Source: an uncultured Acidobacteriota bacterium
GTDB taxonomy: Bacteria; Acidobacteriota; Blastocatellia; RBC074
Reading direction: 5' to 3'
Assembly (NCBI GenBank): GCA_963796275.1
Contig: CAWCKY010000003.1
Span: forward strand, 1,184,001-1,248,000
Length of the DNA stretch: 64,000 nt
Shown here: one piece after another, positions 43,776 to 53,160 of the stretch
How the letters are laid out: every line of letters begins with the position of its first letter
Numbering within the stretch: the stretch's first letter is position 1
Made by a program: the position numbers and the translations under genes
Notes under the pieces: generated by a model
What the model saw: only the letters and a program-made list of their open reading frames with translations
What the model was told of the DNA's origin: nothing
Database searches by the model: none

Positions 43776-46667
43776 ATGACAAAAAGCACAAAAAGAATAG
43801 AGACACGCGTAATTTCAATGATATCTCTCTTTTTGTGCTTTTTGTTCTCCTTATCCGTTTTTTATGGGGAAGTTCCATCAGCCGAGATCGAATGGCCGAA
43901 GATAACGAGCCAGACCAAACCCTGGAGCCGCTGGTGGTGGCTGGGCAATGTCGTCAATAAGAAAGACCTCTCGATTGAGATGGAGAAGTACCAGAAGGCC
44001 GGGTTGGGTGGATTGGAGATAACGCCGATTTACGGCGTCAAGGGTTACGAAGATCGATTCATCGACTATCTGTCGCCGGCGTGGATGGAGATGCTCGATC
44101 ATACTTTGAAAGAGGCTGATCGCCTGGGTCTGGGCATTGATATGGCCACTGGGACCGGATGGCCATTTGGCGGACCGTGGGTGGGCTCTGATGATGCTTG
44201 CAGGAATGTCGTTCATAAGACTTATAAATTGAAGAGCGGCGAGAGCCTCAGGGAGCCGGTCATCTATTTGCAGAAGCCGCTGGTCAGGGCGATTGGCCGT
44301 CGCGTGACGATTGCGGAACTGAAAGAACCCATCAGCGCCAATCAGAATCTGCAGGCTCTCGCTCTCGATCAGGTCAGGTTTGAAAAGAAGTTGGCTCCGC
44401 ATCTACTCATGGCCTTCTCGGATAAAGGTGCGTCGCTCGACCTGACAGGCAAAGTCGATGGCAGCGGAAAACTGAGTTGGGTTGCGCCGGAGGGCAGCGG
44501 CAGCTGGACGTTGTATGCTCTTTTTCAAGGCTGGCACGGAAAGATGGTGGAGCGCGCGGGTCCTGGAGGCGAGGGCGACGTCATCGACCATTTCTCGGGT
44601 AGGGCGCTCCAGAACTACCTGAAAAAATTCGACCAGGCGTTTGCCGGACACGATATCAAATCGCTGCGGGCATTTTTCAATGACTCATATGAAGTAGACG
44701 ATGCCGATGGAGACTCGAACTGGACCCCCGGTTTCCTGGAGCAATTCAACAGGCGGCGCGGCTATGATCTTCGCAGCCAATTGCCGGCTCTCTTCGGTAA
44801 TGATACCGAAGAGAAAAACGCGCGCGTGCGCTGCGACTATCGCGAGACGCTATCCGAGCTTCTTCTAGAAGAGTTCACGATCCCATGGCGCCAGTGGGCT
44901 GCAGGCAAAGGCGCCGTCGTTCGCAATCAATCGCACGGGTCTCCCGCCAATATTCTCGACCTTTATGCGGCAAGCGATATACCGGAGACAGAAGGATCGG
45001 ACATACATAGAATCAAATTCGCTTCATCCGCCGCCAATGTTTCAGGCAAACCGCTCACATCCTCCGAATCGGCCACCTGGCTCAACGAGCATTTCGTGTC
45101 GACGCTCGGTGACGTGAAAGGAGCGATCGATCGGTTTTTCCTGGGAGGGGTCAATCATATTTTTTACCACGGAACGCCATATTCGCCGTCAAGCGAGGAA
45201 TGGCCCGGCTTGCTCTTCTACGCCGCGGTGCACTTCGGCCCGAGCAACTCCTTCTGGAACGATTTCCCAGCATTAAATAGATACGTGGCGCGTTGCCAGT
45301 CCTTCCTTCAATCGGGACGACCCGACAACGATGCTCTCCTCTATTACCCTATCTATGATAGCTGGTCGAACGCGGGGAAAAACATGCTCGTGCATTTCGG
45401 CCAGGGCATCGAGGGCGCCATGACGCAGAGCGCCGGGGAGGAGATGCTCAAGACCGGTTACTCTTATGATTTGATCTCGGATCGGCAACTGGAGAGAGTA
45501 GAGATCGCAGGCAATTCCATTCGGACGGGCGGCAATTCTTATCAGGTGGTGGTTCTTCCGGAATGCCGGTTCATCCCTCTCAAGACATTCGACAGGTTGG
45601 TAGAGTTAGCGAAGAGAGGGGCCACGATTGTCGTGCAAAATAGCTTGCCATCCGATGTGTCCGGCTGGGGTAACCTCGATGGGCGTCGAAACGATTTCAA
45701 GAAACTGGTCGCGGGACTCCAATTTGCGAAGGAAAAAAACGCCGAGATTCAGAGCGCGAAGGCCGGCAAGGGCAGGTTTCTGCTCGGTAAAGACCTGGGC
45801 CAATTGCTCTCTTTTGCCGGGATCAAGCGGGAGTCACTGGTAGATAGAGGGCTGGAGTTTGTTCGCCGCCAATACGATAAAGGCCGTTATTATTTTATCC
45901 TCAATAGCGGCAACGACCTTTTCGAAGGTTGGGTTCCACTTCAAACCGGCGCAAGATCGGTAGCAATCTTCAATCCCGTGCTGGAAGAGAAGGGAATGGC
46001 CGAGCAACGAAATTCGGGGACCGGAGCCAAAGAGGTCTACCTTCAGCTTGCGCCCGGAGAATCGTGCATTTTGAAGACGTTTGATGATGGTGTTAAAGCG
46101 CCGGTGTATGGATATTTCGAAAAGAGAGGCGAGGCGAATAAGATCGCCGGACCGTGGTCTGTGAAATTTATCGATGGGGGACCGGAGCTGCCGGTCGATG
46201 CTGAGACGCGCGAACTTGGTTCGTGGACCACTTTTGGTGGAGAGGCGGTTATGAGATTTTCCGGCACAGCGAGGTATTCTATAACTTTCGAGAAACCCAA
46301 AGGAGATGCTGATGGATGGCTGCTCGATCTTGGCCGCGTCTGCGAGAGCGCGCGCGTTTTGATCAACGGGAAGGAACTGGGCGTTCTGATCAATCCACCC
46401 TACAGAATCCGGATACCCAAAGCGATAGTGATCGAGAAGAATACTCTTGAAATCGACGTCTCGAATTTGATGGCGAATCGAATCGCCGATCTGGATCGCC
46501 GCAATGTGAATTGGAAGAAGTTCTACAATATCAATTTTCCCTCGCGCAGACCTGAGAACCGGGGAGCCGATGGCTTGTTCGATGCGTCGCGCTGGCTCCC
46601 GCGAGATTCGGGGTTGATTGGGCCTGTTACCCTCACGCCTGTGGAAGTCATGAACTTCGGAAAGTAA
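43776..46667 (+). CDS. GH106 alpha-L-rhamnosidase-like glycoside hydrolase
   Basis: KPWSRWWWLGN, GLGGLEITPIYG, TGTGWPFGG, FNDSYE, DIPETE and SGLIGPV. Confidence 0.85.
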   Translation: MTKSTKRIETRVISMISLFLCFLFSLSVFYGEVPSAEIEWPKITSQTKPWSRWWWLGNVVNKKDLSIEMEKYQKAGLGGLEITPIYGVKGYEDRFIDYLSPAWMEMLDHTLKEADRLGLGIDMATGTGWPFGGPWVGSDDACRNVVHKTYKLKSGESLREPVIYLQKPLVRAIGRRVTIAELKEPISANQNLQALALDQVRFEKKLAPHLLMAFSDKGASLDLTGKVDGSGKLSWVAPEGSGSWTLYALFQGWHGKMVERAGPGGEGDVIDHFSGRALQNYLKKFDQAFAGHDIKSLRAFFNDSYEVDDADGDSNWTPGFLEQFNRRRGYDLRSQLPALFGNDTEEKNARVRCDYRETLSELLLEEFTIPWRQWAAGKGAVVRNQSHGSPANILDLYAASDIPETEGSDIHRIKFASSAANVSGKPLTSSESATWLNEHFVSTLGDVKGAIDRFFLGGVNHIFYHGTPYSPSSEEWPGLLFYAAVHFGPSNSFWNDFPALNRYVARCQSFLQSGRPDNDALLYYPIYDSWSNAGKNMLVHFGQGIEGAMTQSAGEEMLKTGYSYDLISDRQLERVEIAGNSIRTGGNSYQVVVLPECRFIPLKTFDRLVELAKRGATIVVQNSLPSDVSGWGNLDGRRNDFKKLVAGLQFAKEKNAEIQSAKAGKGRFLLGKDLGQLLSFAGIKRESLVDRGLEFVRRQYDKGRYYFILNSGNDLFEGWVPLQTGARSVAIFNPVLEEKGMAEQRNSGTGAKEVYLQLAPGESCILKTFDDGVKAPVYGYFEKRGEANKIAGPWSVKFIDGGPELPVDAETRELGSWTTFGGEAVMRFSGTARYSITFEKPKGDADGWLLDLGRVCESARVLINGKELGVLINPPYRIRIPKAIVIEKNTLEIDVSNLMANRIADLDRRNVNWKKFYNINFPSRRPENRGADGLFDASRWLPRDSGLIGPVTLTPVEVMNFGK
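43779..43845. repeat. Perfect 18-bp inverted repeat inside the signal-peptide coding region of the GH106 gene
   Basis: ACAAAAAGCACAAAAAGA (43779-43796) and TCTTTTTGTGCTTTTTGT (43828-43845). Confidence 0.9.
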
Positions 46668-46763
46668 TAAAAAAATCAGCCATCTCTAGGATGCAACGCT
46701 TGTAATGCTGAGATAGCGGTTCTCTCTACTAAGGTGCGCGGATCGGAAACCGGCTGCCCGAGT

Positions 46764-47315
46764 TCAACGATCATCTCTTTTCATCAGACGATTTGCGGGC
46801 AAGCTGGGATTGAGAACTTTTTCTGCACTCTCAACTCCTGCAACGGGCAATTGTGTGGCATCGAGCAGACCCAGTTGAGCGAGGACCGAAGCCTGGTCCC
46901 AGTATATATGTTCATGCTTGAGCTTCCCTTCGCGGAAATGCACGATCACCACGAGCGGAACTTTGACGTGCTTGCCCGTTGGGGCAATCCCGGGCAACAT
47001 CCAATCCATCTTGACCGTATGTGTGAACTCAAAGATCATCTCTTCGACCAGGCGATCGACTCCGATCGTGCGGGATATTGGTGTGATCGTCGTATCGGGC
47101 GGCATCTGCGGAATGAAGTGTTGCGAGTAGAACTCGCGTAACTCATTTTGCCCGATCCCGCCGGTCAGCACCGGTATGTGGTTTACATAAGCATCATCGA
47201 CCATAGTCTTGAGCGTGCTTTCCGTGTCCTTTGTGACGAATTCGTGTTTCAAGTGTTCTTCCCATACCGCAGTTAGCCGTGAGTCTATGCCGCCAGAATC
47301 TTTTATCTTTGCCAT
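46764..47315 (-). CDS. SnoaL/NTF2-like (ester cyclase family) protein
   Basis: WEEHLKHEF, PGIAPTGK and HEHIYWDQASVL. Confidence 0.85.
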   Translation of the reverse strand: MAKIKDSGGIDSRLTAVWEEHLKHEFVTKDTESTLKTMVDDAYVNHIPVLTGGIGQNELREFYSQHFIPQMPPDTTITPISRTIGVDRLVEEMIFEFTHTVKMDWMLPGIAPTGKHVKVPLVVIVHFREGKLKHEHIYWDQASVLAQLGLLDATQLPVAGVESAEKVLNPSLPANRLMKRDDR

Positions 47316-47495
47316 GTGAGCCCTCTAAGCAACCAGAAAACATATCAAACACAACGTTAATTTCGAGAGGCTGACTCCTACTATTTTTCCGCCTCTATCA
47401 GACATTATATTGGGGAATTTCCAGGAGGATCAATTCCCGGGTGCTCTTTTACCGCATTTTAAGCGGCAACAGCACTCGGGATATAATGCGCCTCG

Positions 47496-48971
47496 ATGCA
47501 ACTTACCGACATTTTCAACTTATCACTCGTTGGCCGATCGGCGGCTAACGCGCTCGAATACGACTCTGCCGAGGGGAATGTAGGGCGTCTCACATTCGGC
47601 GATCTCGATGTCCGAAGTAATCGCGTGGCTCGTTTGCTACTCTCGCGCGGTATCGCGCGTGGCGATCGGCTGGGATTCTTTTTGCCGAATCGAGTCGAAT
47701 TTATAGATCTGTTTCTCGCTTGCGTCAAACTCGGCGTCATCGTTGTCCCGATAAATGTGTTGTATCGAGAACGGGAGATAGAACACATTGCCGGCGATTC
47801 CCAACCGGCAGCCGTCGTGACAACGCGCGAATTGAATCCCCTCATACCTTCGCGCATAACAAGTTGGGACGTCGATGAAATTACCGCCTCCGCGCTGAAC
47901 CACTCCGGCGCACACATGCGGATCGCGATAGATGGTGACGATCCCGCCGCGATAGTCTACACATCGGGCACGACAGGGCGCTCCAAGGGGGCTGTGCTGA
48001 CACACAACAACTTCGCGTCAAATACTGTTAATCTGCTCACATGCTGGCGGATCACGAGCGATGATCGCTACCTTGCCGTCCTGCCTCTGTTTCACGTCCA
48101 TGGCCTCGGCAACGGCGTGCATGCCTGGCTGGGGAGCGGATGCAGCATGCGGCTCGCGGAGCGCTTCGACGCGAGTCGTGCGACTGCCCTCTTCGAAACT
48201 TTTCATCCGACGCTTTTTTTCGGCGTTCCTACTATCTATTTCAGATTATTGGAGTTCCCAGAAGACCTGGCCCATCGAATCGGCGCGCGAATGCGTCTCT
48301 TCGTTTCCGGCTCGGCACCCTTACCCGGTCAAGTGTTTTCAGCATTTCGTGAGAGGTTCGGTCACACGATACTAGAACGGTATGGAATGAGCGAAACTCT
48401 GATGAATATAAGCAACCCTTACGAGGGAGAACGCCGCCCGGGATCGGTCGGGTTGCCCCTACCCGGGGTCTCAGTTGTCATTCTGAATGATGATGGGGTT
48501 GAAGCGGGTGATGGGAATGTCGGGGAACTCAGTGTCCGTGGTCCAAATGTCTTCCCAGGCTATTGGGGGCACACGCGAGGCCAAAATCCGGAAACAGGAC
48601 CCGATGTCGATGGCTGGTTTCGCACCGGCGATCTGGCGGAGCGTTCGGCCGATGGCTATTTCACGCTGCGCGGGCGTAGGACCGACCTGATAATCTCCGG
48701 CGGGTTCAATATTTATCCACGGGAAATTGAAGAATTGTTGCTCGAACAGCCGGGTGTACGCGAAGTCGCGGTTTGCGGAGCACCAGATGAAAGACGGGGA
48801 GAGGTTCCGGTCGCCTATATTGTTGCGGATGGGTTGCTCGATGAGGCCGCGCTGATGGATGCGTGTCGGCGATCACTAGCGTCGTTCAAGACGCCACGTG
48901 TATTCGTTCGTGTGAATGAGTTGCCGCGAAATGCTCTGGGCAAAGTGCAGAAACATCTGCTCAAGCCATAA
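47496..48971 (+). CDS. Acyl-CoA synthetase, malonyl-CoA synthetase (MatB)-like
   Basis: YTSGTTGRSKG, LPLFHVHGL, SGSAPL, ERYGMSE, FRTGD and PRNALGKVQK. Confidence 0.85.
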   Translation: MQLTDIFNLSLVGRSAANALEYDSAEGNVGRLTFGDLDVRSNRVARLLLSRGIARGDRLGFFLPNRVEFIDLFLACVKLGVIVVPINVLYREREIEHIAGDSQPAAVVTTRELNPLIPSRITSWDVDEITASALNHSGAHMRIAIDGDDPAAIVYTSGTTGRSKGAVLTHNNFASNTVNLLTCWRITSDDRYLAVLPLFHVHGLGNGVHAWLGSGCSMRLAERFDASRATALFETFHPTLFFGVPTIYFRLLEFPEDLAHRIGARMRLFVSGSAPLPGQVFSAFRERFGHTILERYGMSETLMNISNPYEGERRPGSVGLPLPGVSVVILNDDGVEAGDGNVGELSVRGPNVFPGYWGHTRGQNPETGPDVDGWFRTGDLAERSADGYFTLRGRRTDLIISGGFNIYPREIEELLLEQPGVREVAVCGAPDERRGEVPVAYIVADGLLDEAALMDACRRSLASFKTPRVFVRVNELPRNALGKVQKHLLKP

Positions 48972-48980
48972 TAATCAAAA

Positions 48981-49039
48981 ACCGCCAAGATGCCGTCAGC
49001 GCCAAGTATAACTATTGGCGCTAATGGCATCCTGACGGT
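48981..49039. terminator. Long hairpin between convergent genes
   Basis: ACCGCCAAGATGCCGTCAGCGCCAA pairs with TTGGCGCTAATGGCATCCTGACGGT. Confidence 0.75.
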
Positions 49040-49078
49040 GTAATTATTTCCTGAATTCTAGTGATGCAGCCAGGCTAC

Positions 49079-50125
49079 CTATTCCGTTCTGCCAGACCCT
49101 GCCGCCGCGGCACCCATTCCTTTGCTAACCAGAATCGCTATCTCAACACGGCGGTTCTGTTCGCGTCCCTCACGGGTTGTATTGTCACCGACTGGTTTCA
49201 ATTCACCGAACCCATAAGGAGTGATGATGCGACGCTGCGGAATATCGTGATTTTCAATCAGATAACTGATAACAGCGTTGGTTCGCTTCTCACTGAGTTG
49301 ACGATTGTATGATTGGTTACCGTCAGCCGAAGCGAATCCGGCTACCTGGATGACATAGCCTTTTTCATTCTTGGCCTGAGTGGCGAGTTCGTCGAGAGCA
49401 GCCTGCGACTCGGTTGAGAGTTTGGAGCTGTTGACCTTGAAGTTGATGGTAATGGTGTTCTTCGCTTCGAAATCATCCAAGGTCGAAACACGATCATCAA
49501 CTGCATTCACCCGCTGGTTGGTTTCATTGATTCGTTGGTTGGCAGCATTGACCTCGGCGATAGCCTTATCGGCCGTATCCTGAGCAGCTTTGGCGCCGCC
49601 GCGAGCCGTATTAGCCACAGCCGCAAGCTCCTCGAGCTGTCCTGAAAGCCTTTGCTGATTTTGTTCTGATTGCGCCAGACGACCTTCAGCTTCTCCTACG
49701 CGATCCTCAACCGGATCAACGCGCGACTCAAGCGAAGCCGCATCTTGAAACTGTTCGTCAGTGAATTTGACCTTTTCGGCAACAAGCGTGCCTGAATCAT
49801 TTCCGCGCCCTTCTACTTCTACCCATAGGCCGCGAACCAAGGCGTTCATATCATATTGCCTTGCACTGCGAAATGGGTTCTTCTTGTTCTCTTGTATTTT
49901 GGTCGTCCCGTTAAGGTTAACCGTTATTTCCGATCGATTCCGATCGCGAAGAACCAAACTTTCTCCTTCGCGCTTGACGATAATCCCGGAAACTTTCTGC
50001 TTCTTCCCTGACTCAAATCGTGGACCCTGATTTGTAGCCTGGTCTTGTGCCTGTGCATAAGTTGGGACCAATAGGCTAAGTCCCATCATTACTGCCAGTC
50101 CAAACTTAAGTTTAATATCTTGCAT
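49079..50125 (-). CDS. OmpA-family peptidoglycan-binding protein with N-terminal DUF5666-like OB domain and coiled coil
   Basis: Signal peptide; C-terminal INFKVNSSKL, NRQLSEKR and NRRVEI. Confidence 0.88.
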   Translation of the reverse strand: MQDIKLKFGLAVMMGLSLLVPTYAQAQDQATNQGPRFESGKKQKVSGIIVKREGESLVLRDRNRSEITVNLNGTTKIQENKKNPFRSARQYDMNALVRGLWVEVEGRGNDSGTLVAEKVKFTDEQFQDAASLESRVDPVEDRVGEAEGRLAQSEQNQQRLSGQLEELAAVANTARGGAKAAQDTADKAIAEVNAANQRINETNQRVNAVDDRVSTLDDFEAKNTITINFKVNSSKLSTESQAALDELATQAKNEKGYVIQVAGFASADGNQSYNRQLSEKRTNAVISYLIENHDIPQRRIITPYGFGELKPVGDNTTREGREQNRRVEIAILVSKGMGAAAAGSGRTE

Positions 50126-50182
50126 AATTCGTGTTCCCTCCAGAGGTAGAATCTACTTTCATTTTGCGAGCGACTTCCTAAG

Positions 50183-50198
50183 CGCAAGCCCCGTGCCT
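50183..50198 (-). promoter_or_regulatory. Sigma-54 (-24/-12) promoter for the OmpA-family gene
   Basis: The minus strand reads AGGCACGGGGCTTGCG, matching TGGCACG-N4-TTGC with correct GG-N10-GC spacing. It is ~60 nt upstream of the ATG, with an AT-rich tract further upstream. Confidence 0.7.
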
Positions 50199-50470
50199 CA
50201 GAATTAATCGCAAAAATTTTTTTGCATTATTTTTCTATGTATACACAAGGTAAGGTTTTATTGCCGCTCCTGCGCAACAATTTCCCAGCGTTATCTGGGA
50301 TTTTGTTTACTTAGGAGTACTAGTTTATTCCACACGAAATCAGTAATTGTTTGGTTTCCGAACATTACCGATTTATACACAAATCAGTTTTCAAAGTAGC
50401 GAATGGAAGAATGAATCGGGTGAGGCAAAATTGACAATGTTCGCAAAGAATTACCGATGAGTTGGGAAAG

Positions 50471-50537
50471 TTAGTAGGCAGTGGGTAGTTTGTTCAGACT
50501 GTGGCAAAATGTTTACAAACTGCCCGCTGCCTAATAA
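50471..50537. repeat. Heptamer-type inverted repeat / hairpin downstream of the DUF4383 gene
   Basis: TTAGTAGGCAGTGGGTAGTTTGT pairs with ACAAACTGCCCGCTGCCTAATAA. Confidence 0.75.
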
Positions 50538-50622
50538 ATATTGATAAATGTTCCAGAAGTATTAACGGATCTGATGACAAACCCGAGAAAACTGGAAGAA
50601 AAAATGAAATCTATAATGTAAA

Positions 50623-51006
50623 TTAGGTTGTTACTGCAGCCTGGGGTTCGCGGAGTAAGCCGATGACCATGAAGACGGCCCCGAGGAGCAGGTGGACGAG
50701 ATTGTCCATCAAGAGACTGGGAGATTCAGACATAGCGTGCCCCATCAACAGGCTTACTACTACTGTTGGTGCAATAAATCCGAGTAGGCCTACTAGAAGG
50801 TAAACCACACCGAAGACCTGACAGAACGAATGAGCCGCTCTGGTCGATCCTGCGAAACCGAAATAGAGGGCAACCAATGAAGTTGCCAGGTGAACGATAT
50901 TGTGGATAAGGGTAAGATGGAGCCCCAATAGGTTTTCTGCGAAGAATCCCACGATTCCTACCAGAAGAAATGCGACACCCATAACTTTACATATTGTTTT
51001 AGCCAT
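50623..51006 (-). CDS. DUF4383-like small membrane protein
   Basis: Four TM helices with HNIVHL and DNLVHL motifs. Confidence 0.8.
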   Translation of the reverse strand: MAKTICKVMGVAFLLVGIVGFFAENLLGLHLTLIHNIVHLATSLVALYFGFAGSTRAAHSFCQVFGVVYLLVGLLGFIAPTVVVSLLMGHAMSESPSLLMDNLVHLLLGAVFMVIGLLREPQAAVTT

Positions 51007-51364
51007 AACTCTCTCCTTAGATTGTGCCCAGATCAGCGAGGGGCTTTTCGCAATCTCAGCGTTGTGTTTGGAAACTGGCTATTGTGATGCTACTTGTGCA
51101 TGATCAAGCGAAGTTACACTATATTGTTAATACAAGAGGGGGGAATTTACAAGCAAATTTAGCCATAGATATTATATGAGATGAGGATCGATTCATCTAA
51201 TTATATGCCCGTAGACGCTTGTAACTTTTGAAACAATGATGCGACACGGTTGGGAAGTAAATGTGTGAAATGGCGTTAGTTTACCCTATCAAATTGGTCG
51301 CATTTTCTAGAGAAAAGTTGTCGGGCAGGTAAATATAGGGAGTGACGCAATCGTTTGGTAATAC

Positions 51365-53080
51365 CTACGGTGGGGCGGTATAGCGGCGTTCTATCAGAGC
51401 CCTTATGCGGGCGCGGCTCTCATCCGCGGACAGGTCGATTTCTTTTTCGACCAGAACTGCATCTTCCGCCAACCCGTCATCTTTGATTACTCTCCGGAAC
51501 CAGTCGGAATATTCGCCCTGGCGAAGATGGTGAATCCAGGTGTCATCGTCCACGCCGTCGGCCATTTGTAGAAAGACCACCAGGTTCTGCGCGCGTAAAT
51601 TGAGTTTCCCCTCAGGCCCTCGGAAGTAGAAGCTGTTTTCGGGATCGAGCTCGCCGGTAGCGTATTTACGATGATGTCGGCGGCGCTCCCCCTTTGAGGA
51701 AAGGCTCCGGACCCAGACCGGGCCTTCGTTACCATCGATTGACCAGACTATTGCCTCGCCTATCGCCAGCTTTACCGGGTCGAGCGGGGGGGCCGGCCGG
51801 CCGGCCTTATGGCAGAACGCCTTTACGGTTTGATCGGGCGACTCTCCGATAGCGATGATCGTGTTTACCGTGGATATTATCGGTTGAGCGACGTGGTCGG
51901 GTTTCAGTGTGATGAACATCATCCCCGTCGTCCCCTGCGGCAGCGTCAGCGGCGTTGGCTTCCACGATGCAGGCAGCAGATGATGCGTTTCGTCGACGAC
52001 GACCCAGTGGGGATGGCCGGTGCGTGCGCGCAGTTCCTGAATCTTCGGAAATAACTTGATGAAGAATGAGGGACGGTGTTCAAGCGCAATGCCCAGCAGG
52101 TTGATGACTACGCTCTCTTCAGGCTTCATCAACAATTCGAGCGCCTCATCGACGCTCGGAGCGCGGTTGGCATCGCCGAGAGAGACGACTCCTTCGAGCG
52201 AGGAATAATCGCCCTCCGGATCGACTATACACAACTGATATCCGCGTTCGATGAAACGTTCGATAATTCCGGTAGCCAGGGTAGTCTTGCCGCCCTGCGA
52301 AGATCCGGCAAGCAAGAGGTTGAAGCCATAAGGCGCCAGTAGCACCTCCCGCCCGTCTGCGCGAGAGCCGAGCGGAATATGGTGTCGCTCGAGCCGCCCG
52401 ATTTCGGGCGCGCTCAAATCAGAAGAGATGATCCGTTCGATCAGCTCGATGACGCCGTCCCCATGGTCCCCTGAGGTTACCAGGTCAGCGCGCTCCTTGA
52501 TCATCGGGAGCGCGTTGGAGACCGCAACCGCGCATTCGCATAAAGCAAGGAAGGCGTGGTCATTCTCGGCATCGCCGACCCCTATTGCATTGTGCCGTGA
52601 AAGCCCCAGTTCGCTTAACGCCGCGCTCAGACCCGTAGCTTTATTGATGCCGGAAGGGAGAACCATAACCGCGCCTTTATTGAAGATGACCTGCATCTCG
52701 AGCCCGAAGTCGCGGATTGTTTCGAGAACCGCCATCTCGTGCGGTTGCCAGGTAGCTATGATCGCTCTTCCCGTGGATATCGGACCGATCCCCCTTCTCC
52801 TAAGGGCATCGATGAATTCGGATGGGGGCGGTTCGGATAGAAGCTTTTCATCGAGAGTCGCCGGCCGGTATAGAAGCGCGCCATTCTCTGCAACTATCCG
52901 CTCAAAGAGGTCGAGGCGGGGAAATATCTTCTTCAAGTCTGCAACTTCACGTCCGGTTACGAGGATAAGATTGCGGCCCGAAGCGCGCAGACGCTCCAAC
53001 GCAGCTACAGCCCGCTCGCTGACCACGCCATCGTGAGCCAGTGTGCCATCGTAATCGCACGCGAGAGTGAAATAACGCAT
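51365..53080 (-). CDS. HAD-IIB (Cof-like) hydrolase fused to a P-loop ATPase domain
   Basis: DYDGT, VTGR, NKATG and GDAEND; Walker A GSSQGGKT, VDPEGDY and Walker B VVVDE. ATG 53080 is preferred because the ORF-track start lies within a repeat. Confidence 0.87.
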   Translation of the reverse strand: MRYFTLACDYDGTLAHDGVVSERAVAALERLRASGRNLILVTGREVADLKKIFPRLDLFERIVAENGALLYRPATLDEKLLSEPPPSEFIDALRRRGIGPISTGRAIIATWQPHEMAVLETIRDFGLEMQVIFNKGAVMVLPSGINKATGLSAALSELGLSRHNAIGVGDAENDHAFLALCECAVAVSNALPMIKERADLVTSGDHGDGVIELIERIISSDLSAPEIGRLERHHIPLGSRADGREVLLAPYGFNLLLAGSSQGGKTTLATGIIERFIERGYQLCIVDPEGDYSSLEGVVSLGDANRAPSVDEALELLMKPEESVVINLLGIALEHRPSFFIKLFPKIQELRARTGHPHWVVVDETHHLLPASWKPTPLTLPQGTTGMMFITLKPDHVAQPIISTVNTIIAIGESPDQTVKAFCHKAGRPAPPLDPVKLAIGEAIVWSIDGNEGPVWVRSLSSKGERRRHHRKYATGELDPENSFYFRGPEGKLNLRAQNLVVFLQMADGVDDDTWIHHLRQGEYSDWFRRVIKDDGLAEDAVLVEKEIDLSADESRARIRALIERRYTAPP

Positions 53081-53087
53081 AAAATCA

Positions 53088-53150
53088 ATTGATAGTCGAT
53101 AGTTCGCAACCACCGAGTTAACAATTGCGAACTATCAACTATCAACTATT
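53088..53150. repeat. Heptamer-based (GATAGTT / AACTATC) inverted repeat, same family as 924-1029
   Basis: ATTGATAGTCGATAGTTCGCAA pairs with TTGCGAACTATCAACTATCAACTAT. Confidence 0.85.
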
Positions 53151-53160
53151 AGTATATTTC

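Noticed and set aside
924-53150. Short repeats as a possible CRISPR array
   Set aside because: There is no identical 23-47 bp repeat with regular unique spacers and no cas genes.
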